Of a stretch of DNA of 35,023 nt, positions 1 to 7,810 are shown piece after piece (within the stretch, counting starts at the first letter, position 1; every line of letters starts with the position of its first letter). The stretch spans positions 1-35,023 of the IMG/VR virus record IMGVR_UViG_3300048609_000087; one strand, 5' to 3'. The notes under the pieces were generated by a model that had not been told where the DNA came from, ran no database searches, and saw nothing but the letters and a program-made list of their open reading frames with translations. Source of the stretch: a virus (Duplodnaviria; Caudoviricetes). The position numbers and the translations under genes are program-made.

Positions 1-294
1 ATGAACGCGTACAAAGGGCTTAAAAAAACCGTTCGTGCCTCTACGGGGCTCTCAGGCCGAAATCTGGACGCGGCCCTGAAAACGGCCGGGATCTCAAAAT
101 ATCGCCTCGCCAAGGACCTCAACATCAGCTATCGGATCGTCCAGTACTGGGCAAAGGGAAGGCGACCATCGCGCTCAATGGCCGAACGTGTCGCGGCGTA
201 TCTAGGAATCCAGGTTGAGCCGGACAGGATCGCTGCACTCGAAGTTCGGGTCGCCGAGCTTGAGAAATGCTGCGGAATCGGAAAGAAGAAATAA
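1..294 (+). CDS. XRE/Cro-like helix-turn-helix protein
   Basis: ALKTAGISKYRLAKDLNISYRIVQYWAKGRRPS fits the XRE HTH pattern; short C-terminal coiled coil (RIAALEVRVAELEK); start uncertain at the window edge. Confidence 0.75.
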   Translation: MNAYKGLKKTVRASTGLSGRNLDAALKTAGISKYRLAKDLNISYRIVQYWAKGRRPSRSMAERVAAYLGIQVEPDRIAALEVRVAELEKCCGIGKKK

Positions 295-305
295 GGAGGA
301 TTGAT

Positions 306-488
306 ATGGCTTTCAACAAAACGGTCCTGGCAAAACTCATAACGGAAAAGTGCGGAACGCCTAAGCCCGTTGCAGAGATCGCTGCCGAAGAAATGATCCG
401 CGACGATTTTCCGCAAAATGGAATCGGGACGATGGGACAGGCCATCGCCTATCTGGATCGCCTACACGACCTTATGAGGCAATCATGA
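306..488 (+). CDS. Hypothetical protein (60 aa)
   Basis: AAGGAGGA RBS at 293-300 before ATG 306; stop overlaps the next start (ATGA). Confidence 0.7.
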   Translation: MAFNKTVLAKLITEKCGTPKPVAEIAAEEMIRDDFPQNGIGTMGQAIAYLDRLHDLMRQS

Positions 489-955
489 GCCGCAAAAAAT
501 CGGAAAGGACGCTCCGGCTCGAGGCCGAACGCACCGCACGAAGGGAAGAGCGCGAACGTCGGCGCGAGGAAAAGGAGCGCGACAAGAAGATCCGCGCGGA
601 ACGGCGCGCCCTGAAACTCCAGGAGAAGGAGACCGAACGCCAGGAACGGGAGCGGAGAAAGGCCATCCGCGAGAGCCTCGAGCGGAACGGCGTCCCAAAA
701 ATCCGGCCCGAAGAGTCGCAGTTCGGACTGCGGGAAGCGATGGGATTCTCGCCGCTCGTGGACTGCGAGCGATGCCACGCAATAGTGCGGGAGCTTTGCG
801 GCACGCTCTGTGAGCGATGCCATTATTCGATGGAGGTCAATGACGAAACAAAAGACGAACTGAAGGCGGAGGAAAACAGAGCCGTCCCCGGGAAGGGGGA
901 CGGAGGGGAAACTGGAACTACAGCCCTTGCGGGCCAACTTTCGCTTTTAATATAG
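485..955 (+). CDS. Hypothetical protein with Arg/Glu-rich helix and Cys-rich putative zinc finger
   Basis: ATGA coupling to the upstream gene; charged N-terminal helix; CERCH-x6-CGTL-CERCH. Confidence 0.65.
   Translation: MSRKKSERTLRLEAERTARREERERRREEKERDKKIRAERRALKLQEKETERQERERRKAIRESLERNGVPKIRPEESQFGLREAMGFSPLVDCERCHAIVRELCGTLCERCHYSMEVNDETKDELKAEENRAVPGKGDGGETGTTALAGQLSLLI
871..943 (-). ncRNA. Putative antisense small RNA (~70 nt)
   Basis: Directly downstream of the leftward promoter: GGCCC-GCAA-GGGCU hairpin (GNRA loop and G.U pair only on the minus strand), C/U-rich linker, 8-bp CCGUCCCC/GGGGACGG hairpin, then CUCUGUUUU. Confidence 0.45.
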
Positions 956-977
956 GGCGCGACAGTTGACTTGTCAA
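949..977 (-). promoter_or_regulatory. Leftward sigma70-type promoter
   Basis: Minus strand reads TTGACA (977-972), 17-nt spacer, TATATT (954-949); the -35 lies within the palindrome TTGAC-TT-GTCAA (966-977). Confidence 0.7.
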
Positions 978-1003
978 GGGCCAGAAAAGGAGGAAACGAA
1001 AGA

Positions 1004-1270
1004 ATGAAATCCAAAATGGTCCAGGTTGGGGCCGCCTGGAAAAAAACGACCCTGAACGAAAAGACTTTTATAAGCATCGTTATCACGAACCCGATGGGAC
1101 CGGACCACCACTTCACGCTCTGGGTGAATTCCTACAAAGAGAAAGAGGGGCAACCGGACTATATCATTTACAAATCAACCGACGACCGGCCTGAGGCGAA
1201 GCCCGAGGCGAAGGCCGATTCCAAGCCGACATCAGATTTCCCCGAAGACAACGAGGACGTCCCATTCTGA
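1004..1270 (+). CDS. SSB-like / DUF736-like single-stranded DNA-binding protein
   Basis: AAAGGAGG RBS at 986-993; VGAAWKK start, beta-rich core, PDY motif, acidic tail ending EDNEDVPF; adjacent to the Sak4-like gene. Confidence 0.65.
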   Translation: MKSKMVQVGAAWKKTTLNEKTFISIVITNPMGPDHHFTLWVNSYKEKEGQPDYIIYKSTDDRPEAKPEAKADSKPTSDFPEDNEDVPF

Positions 1271-1292
1271 GGAAAGGGAAAAGGAGAAAAGC

Positions 1293-2333
1293 ATGAGTCA
1301 ATTCAAAAAGGCGGAGCGCCGGCAGACGGCGCTCAAGATCGCCATCACCGGACCGAGCGGGTCCGGCAAGACGTTTTCGGCGCTGCTCATCGCGTCCGGG
1401 ATCGGCAAGAAGATCGCGGTCGTGGACACCGAAAACGGATCGGCTTCGCTCTATGCCGACATGGACAAGGGCCCCCTAGCCGGGATTGATTTCGACACCC
1501 TACCGATCGAACCACCCTACACAATTCAAAAGTACGTCGAAGCGATCAACCTGGCGGAGAAGGGGAAATACGACGTCCTCCTGATCGACGGGATCTCGCC
1601 GGCCTGGGCAGGCGAGGGAGGCCTCCTGGACAAGAAAGACGCCCTGGACCAGCGCGGCGGGAGCGGCTACACGAATTGGGCTGGGGTCACGAAGGAACAC
1701 GAACAGTTTAAAGCCCGACTCCTCACCGCCGACATTCACCTCATCTGCACGATGCGCTCCAAGCAGGACTACGTCCTCGAGCTCAACGCGAAGGGCAAGA
1801 GTGTCCCGAAGAAAGTCGGCATGGCGCCGATCCAGCGCGACGGGATGGAGTACGAATTCACGACGGTCCTCGACCTGGCGATGGACCACAACGCTATCGC
1901 CTCGAAGGATAGGACGAATCTATTTGACGGGCAGGTGTTCAAACCAACACAGCTGACGGGAAAGAAGATCATGGACTGGCTCAAGGGCGGAGCTCCGGTT
2001 ACGAAGCCGGAGCCGGCCAAGCCGACAGCGACGAAGCAAGCAGACGAATTCCCGACCGAGCGGCCGGCGGCTGAGCCGGGTCCTGAGAAACCTCGCTACA
2101 ATGCCGAGGTCATCAAGGCCGGGATCGCCAGGGTCCAGAACTACGGGATCACGGTCGACACGCTCTGGAAGGGAATCGGCGACTACGTCATGAAGATCCA
2201 CAAGCGGACCTTCGGCGAACTCTCGGAGCTTTCGCCGGAGGAGGAGGCCACGGTCGTCGACTACCTCGGCCGCTGGGCCGAGCACCTCGAGGCGAAGCGG
2301 GTTGCTGCCGAAGCCAACGGAAAGGCGGCTTGA
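1293..2333 (+). CDS. AAA ATPase, Sak4-like (AAA_24-type) phage recombination protein
   Basis: Walker A GPSGSGKT, VVDTENGS, Walker B LLIDGIS, QRDGMEYEF, ASKDRT; recombination-module context. Confidence 0.8.
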   Translation: MSQFKKAERRQTALKIAITGPSGSGKTFSALLIASGIGKKIAVVDTENGSASLYADMDKGPLAGIDFDTLPIEPPYTIQKYVEAINLAEKGKYDVLLIDGISPAWAGEGGLLDKKDALDQRGGSGYTNWAGVTKEHEQFKARLLTADIHLICTMRSKQDYVLELNAKGKSVPKKVGMAPIQRDGMEYEFTTVLDLAMDHNAIASKDRTNLFDGQVFKPTQLTGKKIMDWLKGGAPVTKPEPAKPTATKQADEFPTERPAAEPGPEKPRYNAEVIKAGIARVQNYGITVDTLWKGIGDYVMKIHKRTFGELSELSPEEEATVVDYLGRWAEHLEAKRVAAEANGKAA

Positions 2334-2334
2334 G

Positions 2335-3123
2335 ATGACGACGACGCTTTATGCGAGCAAGAGGTCAAGGTGGGACGCGATCGCGGCCATGAGCCAGCGG
2401 CCCGAGGACATCTTCCCAGAGAACGAAGCCCAGGGGACCGGCATCGTGGCGGCCCCGGAGATCAAGAGCCGAGCGCTGGAGCTTCAGGCCAGGGTCAAGT
2501 CAATCGTTGTCCGCGACCAAGCGACGCTCGACGCCGCTAACGATTTCCTCCACGAGCTCGACGCCATGATCGAGCAGATCGACAAGACCTTCAATCCGCA
2601 AATCGCAAAGGCGCACGAGCTCCACAAGTCGCTCCTCGCGGAGAAGAAGAAGTTCACGGAGCCCCTGGAACTGGCGAAGAAGGTCATTGGCCAGCGGGTC
2701 GCGATCCACGTCACGGCGCTCCAAGAGAAACGGCGCGAGGCCGAGCGGGTGCGCCTGGCGGCCGAGGACGAGGCCCGGCGGCTGGCTGAGAAGGCCGTGG
2801 ATAAGGCTGAGAAGCTGGAGGCCGGCGGGAATGGCGGGAAGGCCGCGAAGGTAATCGAGGAAACCCACGACAAGGTTGAGGCAATCATGGCCGCGGCTCC
2901 GGAGATCCCCGAAGAGGCCGACACCTCGGGGCTCGTGATCCGTGAGGACTGGAAGTTCTCGATCGTCGACGCCTCGCTGATCCCCAGGGAATACCTGGTT
3001 CCCGATGAGAAGAAGATCGGGCGGATCGTCCGGGCGCTGAAGGGCGACGCGAACATCCCCGGCGTCAGAGTCTACTCGGAGAAGAGCACGGCGGTCCGGT
3101 CGGTATCTGAGGCTCGGGCCTGA
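2335..3123 (+). CDS. Coiled-coil phage protein, Gp157/Gam-like recombination accessory
   Basis: Long coiled coil ending in WKFSIVDASLIPREYLVPDEKKI...IPGVRVY, a C-terminus typical of phage proteins found next to annealases. Confidence 0.5.
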   Translation: MTTTLYASKRSRWDAIAAMSQRPEDIFPENEAQGTGIVAAPEIKSRALELQARVKSIVVRDQATLDAANDFLHELDAMIEQIDKTFNPQIAKAHELHKSLLAEKKKFTEPLELAKKVIGQRVAIHVTALQEKRREAERVRLAAEDEARRLAEKAVDKAEKLEAGGNGGKAAKVIEETHDKVEAIMAAAPEIPEEADTSGLVIREDWKFSIVDASLIPREYLVPDEKKIGRIVRALKGDANIPGVRVYSEKSTAVRSVSEARA

Positions 3124-3136
3124 TCATGAACGTATT

Positions 3137-3198
3137 CCGGGAGTCTGAGGTGAGGAGTTGCACCGGAGGGGTCTCGATGCTCGGCCCCTCCCTCCCGG
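3137..3198 (+). other. Predicted three-stem RNA structure upstream of the replication initiator
   Basis: CCGGGAG 3137-3143 / CTCCCGG 3192-3198; GGTG 3149-3152 / CACC 3161-3164; GGAGGGGTC 3165-3173 / GGCCCCTCC 3183-3191. Confidence 0.45.
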
Positions 3199-3222
3199 TT
3201 TCCAAGATGAAAGGATGACGCT

Positions 3223-4098
3223 ATGGCGAGGGGTCGCATGATAGATAAACGAATCGCAAAATCCGACAAGTTTACGGCTCTTTCGATGGATCGGAGCCGG
3301 GTCTTATATTTCATGATCTATCCTCACCTTGATTGCGAGGGCCGTCATTCTGCTGATCCCCGCGATATCAAGGAAGATTGCTGTCCTCGGCTTCCCTACA
3401 CGCTCAGCCAGGTTACAGACTCCCTTATCGATCTCCATAATGTCGGCCTCATCCGCCTTTATGAGGTTGATAATAAAGCATATCTAGAGGCCGACCGCTT
3501 CGAAGATTTCCAGCCGGGACTCAGAAAAGATAGGGAAGCTCCATCCGAAATACCAGCTTATTCCGGAGTTGCCCCGACTAACTCCGGAGGACTCCGGAGC
3601 TGGTCGGCTTTAAGTTTAAGATTAAAGTTAAGTTTAAGTTCAAGTATAAACCCCCCTATATCCCCCCAAGCTCCCCCTTCCAAAAAACCTCACTACAAAA
3701 TTCAGCTTATTCTCGATGACGGCCCGAAGCGGTGGGAGGGAATCACCGACGACGATAAGGTGCTCTGGGCAAAGACCTATCCGAAATTCGATATTGAACA
3801 GGTTCTCGCCGAAATAATCGCCTATTGGGATGCGAGGCCCAGGACGGAACTCAAACAGAATTGGAAGAAGACAATCGTGAACCGCCTAAGTTGGCTTAAA
3901 GAGCACGGCGGAAATGGAGGAGGGCGCGGAACGCAGACAGATCGCCGCGCCCCCGATCCACCCCAAATCGGAGCCAACATAAAGGCGGACAAGACCCCGG
4001 CTTATTGGGCTGAGGTGAGACGGCTAAAAGCCGAGGGCATTGAAGGCCAGGCGCTGACTGACGCGCTGGAAAAGAAAGCGAAGGAGGGGAAACCATGA
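3223..4098 (+). CDS. Phage replication initiator / replisome organiser
   Basis: N-terminus MARGRMIDKRIAKSDKF...RVLYFMIYPHLDCEGR...L.DL..VGLIRLYEVD is typical of phage initiators; low-complexity linker over DNA repeats; C-terminal helical domain (NWKKTIVNRL). Confidence 0.8.
   Translation: MARGRMIDKRIAKSDKFTALSMDRSRVLYFMIYPHLDCEGRHSADPRDIKEDCCPRLPYTLSQVTDSLIDLHNVGLIRLYEVDNKAYLEADRFEDFQPGLRKDREAPSEIPAYSGVAPTNSGGLRSWSALSLRLKLSLSSSINPPISPQAPPSKKPHYKIQLILDDGPKRWEGITDDDKVLWAKTYPKFDIEQVLAEIIAYWDARPRTELKQNWKKTIVNRLSWLKEHGGNGGGRGTQTDRRAPDPPQIGANIKADKTPAYWAEVRRLKAEGIEGQALTDALEKKAKEGKP
3561..3650. repeat. Probable replication origin inside the initiator gene
   Basis: (C/T)TCCGGAG at 3561, 3582 and 3592, followed by an AT-rich tract of TTAAG(T)-like repeats at 3609-3650 in otherwise GC-rich DNA. 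Confidence 0.65.
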
Positions 4099-4601
4099 AA
4101 AGCCTATCCTGGTTCGCATGGGCGATCATCGTCGTTCTGGCGCTCGGTCTCTTCATTTATGTCGGCCATAAAGTCACCGCAGCCTACAAGGACACCGAGT
4201 TGATGGACCTCCAGGTCCAGCTCGAGACGGCCCGGGCATCGCTCGCCGACGCGAATATCGAGCTGGCTCAGAACCGCGCAATGATCATCGCGTGGTCAGG
4301 ATTGGCATCATTCTACGCGGACGCTCATCACGGAAAGCGAACGGCGTCGGGCTCTCGCTTCGACATGAACGCCTTCACGGCCGCGCACCGTACGCTTCCG
4401 TTCGGGAGCTTAGTCCTCGTTCTGGACATCAGGCGGTTCACGTGGACGCTCGTGGAGATAACGGACAGGGGCCCGGCGGAGTGGACGGAGCGCGATATCG
4501 ACCTGTCGCGAGCTGCGGCGCGTCAGCTCGGAATGGAGCGGGACGGCGTCATCCCGGCGCTGATGCTGACGGTCCAGGGCCGTCCGAGCACACAAGATTG
4601 A
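4095..4601 (+). CDS. rlpA: RlpA-like (double-psi beta-barrel) lytic transglycosylase with N-terminal membrane anchor
   Basis: GLASFY..HHGKRTASGSRFDMNAFTAAHRTLPFGS...ITDRGP...DIDLSRAAARQLG matches RlpA; N-terminal hydrophobic helix and short coiled coil. Confidence 0.88.
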   Translation: MKSLSWFAWAIIVVLALGLFIYVGHKVTAAYKDTELMDLQVQLETARASLADANIELAQNRAMIIAWSGLASFYADAHHGKRTASGSRFDMNAFTAAHRTLPFGSLVLVLDIRRFTWTLVEITDRGPAEWTERDIDLSRAAARQLGMERDGVIPALMLTVQGRPSTQD

Positions 4602-4620
4602 ATGAAAGGAAAAACTTATT

Positions 4621-6294
4621 ATGACCAACACGAATTTTAGGGAAATCCCGCTCGAGGAAATAACCCCGAGCCCGATGAATCCACGGAAGGTTTTCTCCGG
4701 CGACAAATTAGCCGAGCTCGCCAAATCGATCAAGCAGAAGGGAGTGATTGAGCCGATCATCGTGCGGCCGATCAAGGCGGGGAAAAAGCCCTATGAGATC
4801 GTCGCTGGCGGCCGCCGTTTCCACGCCTCGGCGCTGGCGAAGCTTCGGACGATTCCGGCGATCGTCCGGGACCTCACGGACGACGAGGCCTACGATTTCA
4901 TGCTCATCGAGAACCTGCAGCGCGAGGACTTGACCGCGCTCGAGGAGGCCGAGAGCTTCAAGGCCTGGGTTGGCCGGCACGGGAAGGACACGATAAGGGA
5001 CCTCGCCGCGAAAACGGCGATTAATCCGCGCTACATCCGGGCCCGGATCGAGGCGTTGAGCCTGCCCAAGCCGGCCCTCGCGGCCTGGGAGAAGGGCGAG
5101 ATCTCGTTCGGGCACCTCGAGCAGCTCCTCCGGTTGCCGGGCCCGACCGAGATGATCAAGAAACTCAACGAGGTGAAACGCGATCGGATGAGCGTGGCCC
5201 AACTGAGGCACGAGATCGGCGAATGGGCGCTCCCCCTGGGCAAGGCCCGGTTCGACGCGACCAAGGAGTGCGCCCGGTGCCGGCAGAACTCCGTCGTCCA
5301 GCAGGACCTCTTCGGCATCGGCGACACGAAAGGAATGTGCCTCAATCCGAAGTGCTTCAAGGGCAAGCAAGCCGAGTGGCTCAAGACGCATTGGACAGAG
5401 ACCGACGAGGCGAAGAAATACAGGACCAGGGGCGCGCGGTTCGACGCGGACATCGGTTGGATGGCAAAGAAGGCCTTTTATGGGGGCAAGAACATCCCCA
5501 AGAAATGCCTCGAATGCGACAACTTCATCTCGCTCGTCAAGACGGACGGGGCCGTCGACGACGCCTATAGCGACGGGACGGCCTGCATCGGCGACAAGCG
5601 ATGCTTTACGGCCGCGGAACAGTTCGCCCGGGCGGCCGAAAGGACGGCAAGCAGGGAACTGAAGAAGGAGGCTGTCAACGCCGGCAAGCAGGCCCGAGTA
5701 TCCTGGCACGGGGAGTATTTCCGGAACGTCTTCTTCAGGAAGCGGGTGCCGGAGATCCTCGCTGGTCTGAAGCCAGAGGACGAGAAGATAAAGACGCTCC
5801 TGGTCATGTGCCTAGCGCACGCGAACCACGATGCGAGATCCGCCCTTCGGAAGGCGCTTGGATTGAAGGATGACCCATTCGGAACCTCGGACATGGGGGC
5901 GTTCGTGAAATTACTGGCCATGCCCTACAAGAAAACCGCGCTGCTCCTGCCGGTCGTCGTGAACGCGGTAATCCTTGAGGGCCAGAACGTCGGCGAGTGG
6001 GGCGGCTTCGGGTCGACCAACCGGCGCCTCGCCGCGGAATTCCTGGGCGTCGACCTGGCCAGGGAGTGGGCGGCTGGCGAGGAGTACCTGAAGAAAAAAA
6101 CCAGGTGCGAGCTCCTGGCCTTCGGGAAGAAGTCCGGGATCCTGGCCGACGCCAAGGCGAAGACCTTCATGACCGGAACGCTCAAGCAGAAGGCCGCGGA
6201 TCCGGAGCGGCTAAAGAAATCGCAGCTCGTCGACGTCTTTCTCAAGAGCGGCGTCGGCCTGGTCGGCCGGGTGCCGAGCGAGATCCTGAAATGA
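4621..6294 (+). CDS. ParB/Spo0J-family protein with long Cys-rich C-terminal extension
   Basis: NPRKVF, LAELAKSIKQKGVIEPIIVRP, YEIVAGGRRFHA, IENLQREDLTALEEA, followed by an HTH. Confidence 0.9.
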   Translation: MTNTNFREIPLEEITPSPMNPRKVFSGDKLAELAKSIKQKGVIEPIIVRPIKAGKKPYEIVAGGRRFHASALAKLRTIPAIVRDLTDDEAYDFMLIENLQREDLTALEEAESFKAWVGRHGKDTIRDLAAKTAINPRYIRARIEALSLPKPALAAWEKGEISFGHLEQLLRLPGPTEMIKKLNEVKRDRMSVAQLRHEIGEWALPLGKARFDATKECARCRQNSVVQQDLFGIGDTKGMCLNPKCFKGKQAEWLKTHWTETDEAKKYRTRGARFDADIGWMAKKAFYGGKNIPKKCLECDNFISLVKTDGAVDDAYSDGTACIGDKRCFTAAEQFARAAERTASRELKKEAVNAGKQARVSWHGEYFRNVFFRKRVPEILAGLKPEDEKIKTLLVMCLAHANHDARSALRKALGLKDDPFGTSDMGAFVKLLAMPYKKTALLLPVVVNAVILEGQNVGEWGGFGSTNRRLAAEFLGVDLAREWAAGEEYLKKKTRCELLAFGKKSGILADAKAKTFMTGTLKQKAADPERLKKSQLVDVFLKSGVGLVGRVPSEILK

Positions 6295-6743
6295 AGAACT
6301 ACACAAGCGCAGTCCCGGTCGAGCGAACGATCAGCAGGATCGAATACGTCCTGGCGAACGCCGGCGCCGGGAACATCATCAAGGACTACGAGGGCGGGGA
6401 GCTCAAGGCGCTGAGCTTCACACTCTGCCTTCCCGGCTCAGCAAAGATGGTCCCGATCCGCCTTCCTGCGAGCGCTGGTGCGGTCGAGAAGATTCTCCTG
6501 GCCGAAGTAAAGCGGCCCAGGAAAGAGACCCTGCAGCGAATCCAGCAACAGGCCTCGCGGACGGCATGGAAGCTCATGCAGGACTGGATCGAGGTCCAGG
6601 TGTCTCTTATCGAGCTTCAGGGGGTCGAGGCGCTTCAAGTTTTCCTGCCCTATATTTGGGACGGCAGGAGAACCTATTACGCGGCCCTGAAAGAGAACGG
6701 CTTCAAGATGCTCCCCCAGGGGCATAAGGAACGGGAGGGCTGA
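6291..6743 (+). CDS. Hypothetical phage protein
   Basis: ATGA overlap with parB; MKNYTSAVPVERTISRIE...QASRTAWKLMQDWIEVQ...FLPY; phage-like codon usage. Confidence 0.75.
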   Translation: MKNYTSAVPVERTISRIEYVLANAGAGNIIKDYEGGELKALSFTLCLPGSAKMVPIRLPASAGAVEKILLAEVKRPRKETLQRIQQQASRTAWKLMQDWIEVQVSLIELQGVEALQVFLPYIWDGRRTYYAALKENGFKMLPQGHKEREG

Positions 6744-6745
6744 CC

Positions 6746-7078
6746 ATGAACACCTATCTCCGCAACGAGATCATGCGGATCATGCAGGGCCATAAGGGCC
6801 GCATCAACGCGATGACCCGGAAAGACCTCATGGCTCATCTTCAACTGTTCCGGCCGACGTTGAGCGACCGGGAGATGAGGGAGATCTACTCAACGCTCCC
6901 GCTGTGCTCCAGTCCCGAAGGGCTCTACCTGCCGACCTCGACCGCCGAGGTTCTGGAGTTCCGCGAATACCTCAAGAAGGCGTGGGGGCTGATCGTCGCT
7001 CACCGGCGCGTAGCGACGATCCTTGCGTTCTATCCCAAGCTCGCGCCGCCCGCCGAACAACTGGGGCTGCCGCTGTGA
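6746..7078 (+). CDS. Hypothetical protein, possible winged-helix DNA-binding protein
   Basis: GGAGG RBS; NAMTRKDL...SDREMREI...PLCSSPEGLYL pattern; tight packing. Confidence 0.6.
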   Translation: MNTYLRNEIMRIMQGHKGRINAMTRKDLMAHLQLFRPTLSDREMREIYSTLPLCSSPEGLYLPTSTAEVLEFREYLKKAWGLIVAHRRVATILAFYPKLAPPAEQLGLPL

Positions 7079-7431
7079 TTCGCCTGACGATCCCCGGCCG
7101 GCTGATCCCGCACGGCGAGCTGCTGCGGATGCACTGGGCGAAGCGGGCTCGGCTGAAGGCGGACCTGGCCCGGAGCCTATGGTATCAGGCGAGGGGCGAC
7201 CTTCCGCTGAAAAAAGAGAAGCGGCGCCATCGGGTGTTTATCATGGTCTATCAGCCGACGCGAAAATTCGACAAGGACAATCTCCACGCCTCCTGCAAGC
7301 TCGTGATCGACGCACTGAAGGACCTGTATTTTATTTACAACGACTCTCCGGCCTGGCTCGACTTGGAGATACGGCAGGCTATCGACCACAAGAACCCCCG
7401 CGTCGAGATCGAGCTGGAGGAGCTGGCGTGA
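7075..7431 (+). CDS. rusA: RusA-like Holliday junction resolvase
   Basis: GTG start overlapping the previous stop; DKDNL...KLVIDAL...IYNDS acidic motifs and C-terminal PRVEIELEEL. Confidence 0.75.
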   Translation: MIRLTIPGRLIPHGELLRMHWAKRARLKADLARSLWYQARGDLPLKKEKRRHRVFIMVYQPTRKFDKDNLHASCKLVIDALKDLYFIYNDSPAWLDLEIRQAIDHKNPRVEIELEELA

Positions 7432-7529
7432 CCATCTCCATCGTGCTTTATGCCCTGGCTCTCGTGGCCGGGGTGATAACGGAACTCATCGCCGAAGGGC
7501 GTGAGAATAAATCAAACCAGGAGAGATGA
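7428..7529 (+). CDS. Possible 33-aa membrane peptide
   Basis: GTGA and ATGA overlaps at both ends; GGAGGAG upstream; hydrophobic TISIVLYALALVAGVI. Confidence 0.4.
   Translation: MTISIVLYALALVAGVITELIAEGRENKSNQER
7484..7513 (+). repeat. Hairpin+AATAAATC element, copy 1
   Basis: ACTCATCGCCGAAGGGCGTGAGAATAAATC, nearly identical to 7762-7793. Confidence 0.75.
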
Positions 7530-7753
7530 TCGAGATGAAAGAACAGCCGTTGTTTGAGAAAGAGGATCAGATCTATTCGGCGATCGCCTCAGAAGAAGCG
7601 ATTGTCATCGCCGAGATGAAAGAGGTCGATAAGGCGATCGAACGGAAGAAAAACGAAAGGCTGGTGCTTCAAGGGCGCTATGAAATGCTCTCGGTTGCGA
7701 AGAAGCTCGCCGAGCCGAAGGAAAAGGGGAAGAAAAAGCTAGCCAAGAAATAA
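7526..7753 (+). CDS. Hypothetical coiled-coil protein with basic tail
   Basis: AGGAG RBS; ATGA overlap; 75 aa. Confidence 0.65.
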   Translation: MIEMKEQPLFEKEDQIYSAIASEEAIVIAEMKEVDKAIERKKNERLVLQGRYEMLSVAKKLAEPKEKGKKKLAKK

Positions 7754-7761
7754 GGGCAAGC

Positions 7762-7793
7762 ACTCATCGCCGACAAAGGCGAGAGAATAAATC
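7762..7793 (+). repeat. Hairpin+AATAAATC element, copy 2
   Basis: ACTCATCGCCGACAAAGGCGAGAGAATAAATC immediately before the TAGGAGG RBS. Confidence 0.75.
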
Positions 7794-7810
7794 TTAGGAG
7801 GCGCTCAACC

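Noticed and set aside
449-937. 162-aa minus-strand ORF just downstream of the leftward promoter
   Set aside because: TTG start without SD, sequence is the mirror of the charged + strand protein, and a terminator-like hairpin lies early in it; an sRNA fits better, though translation is not excluded
3137-3198. Possible hammerhead ribozyme or tRNA-like element
   Set aside because: Has CTGA but lacks the CUGANGA and GAAA core; the GGTGCAACTCC on the minus strand has no T-stem or cloverleaf
7484-7793. CRISPR mini-array interpretation of the two repeats
   Set aside because: Only two imperfect copies about 250 nt apart, separated by a coding gene; no cas genes
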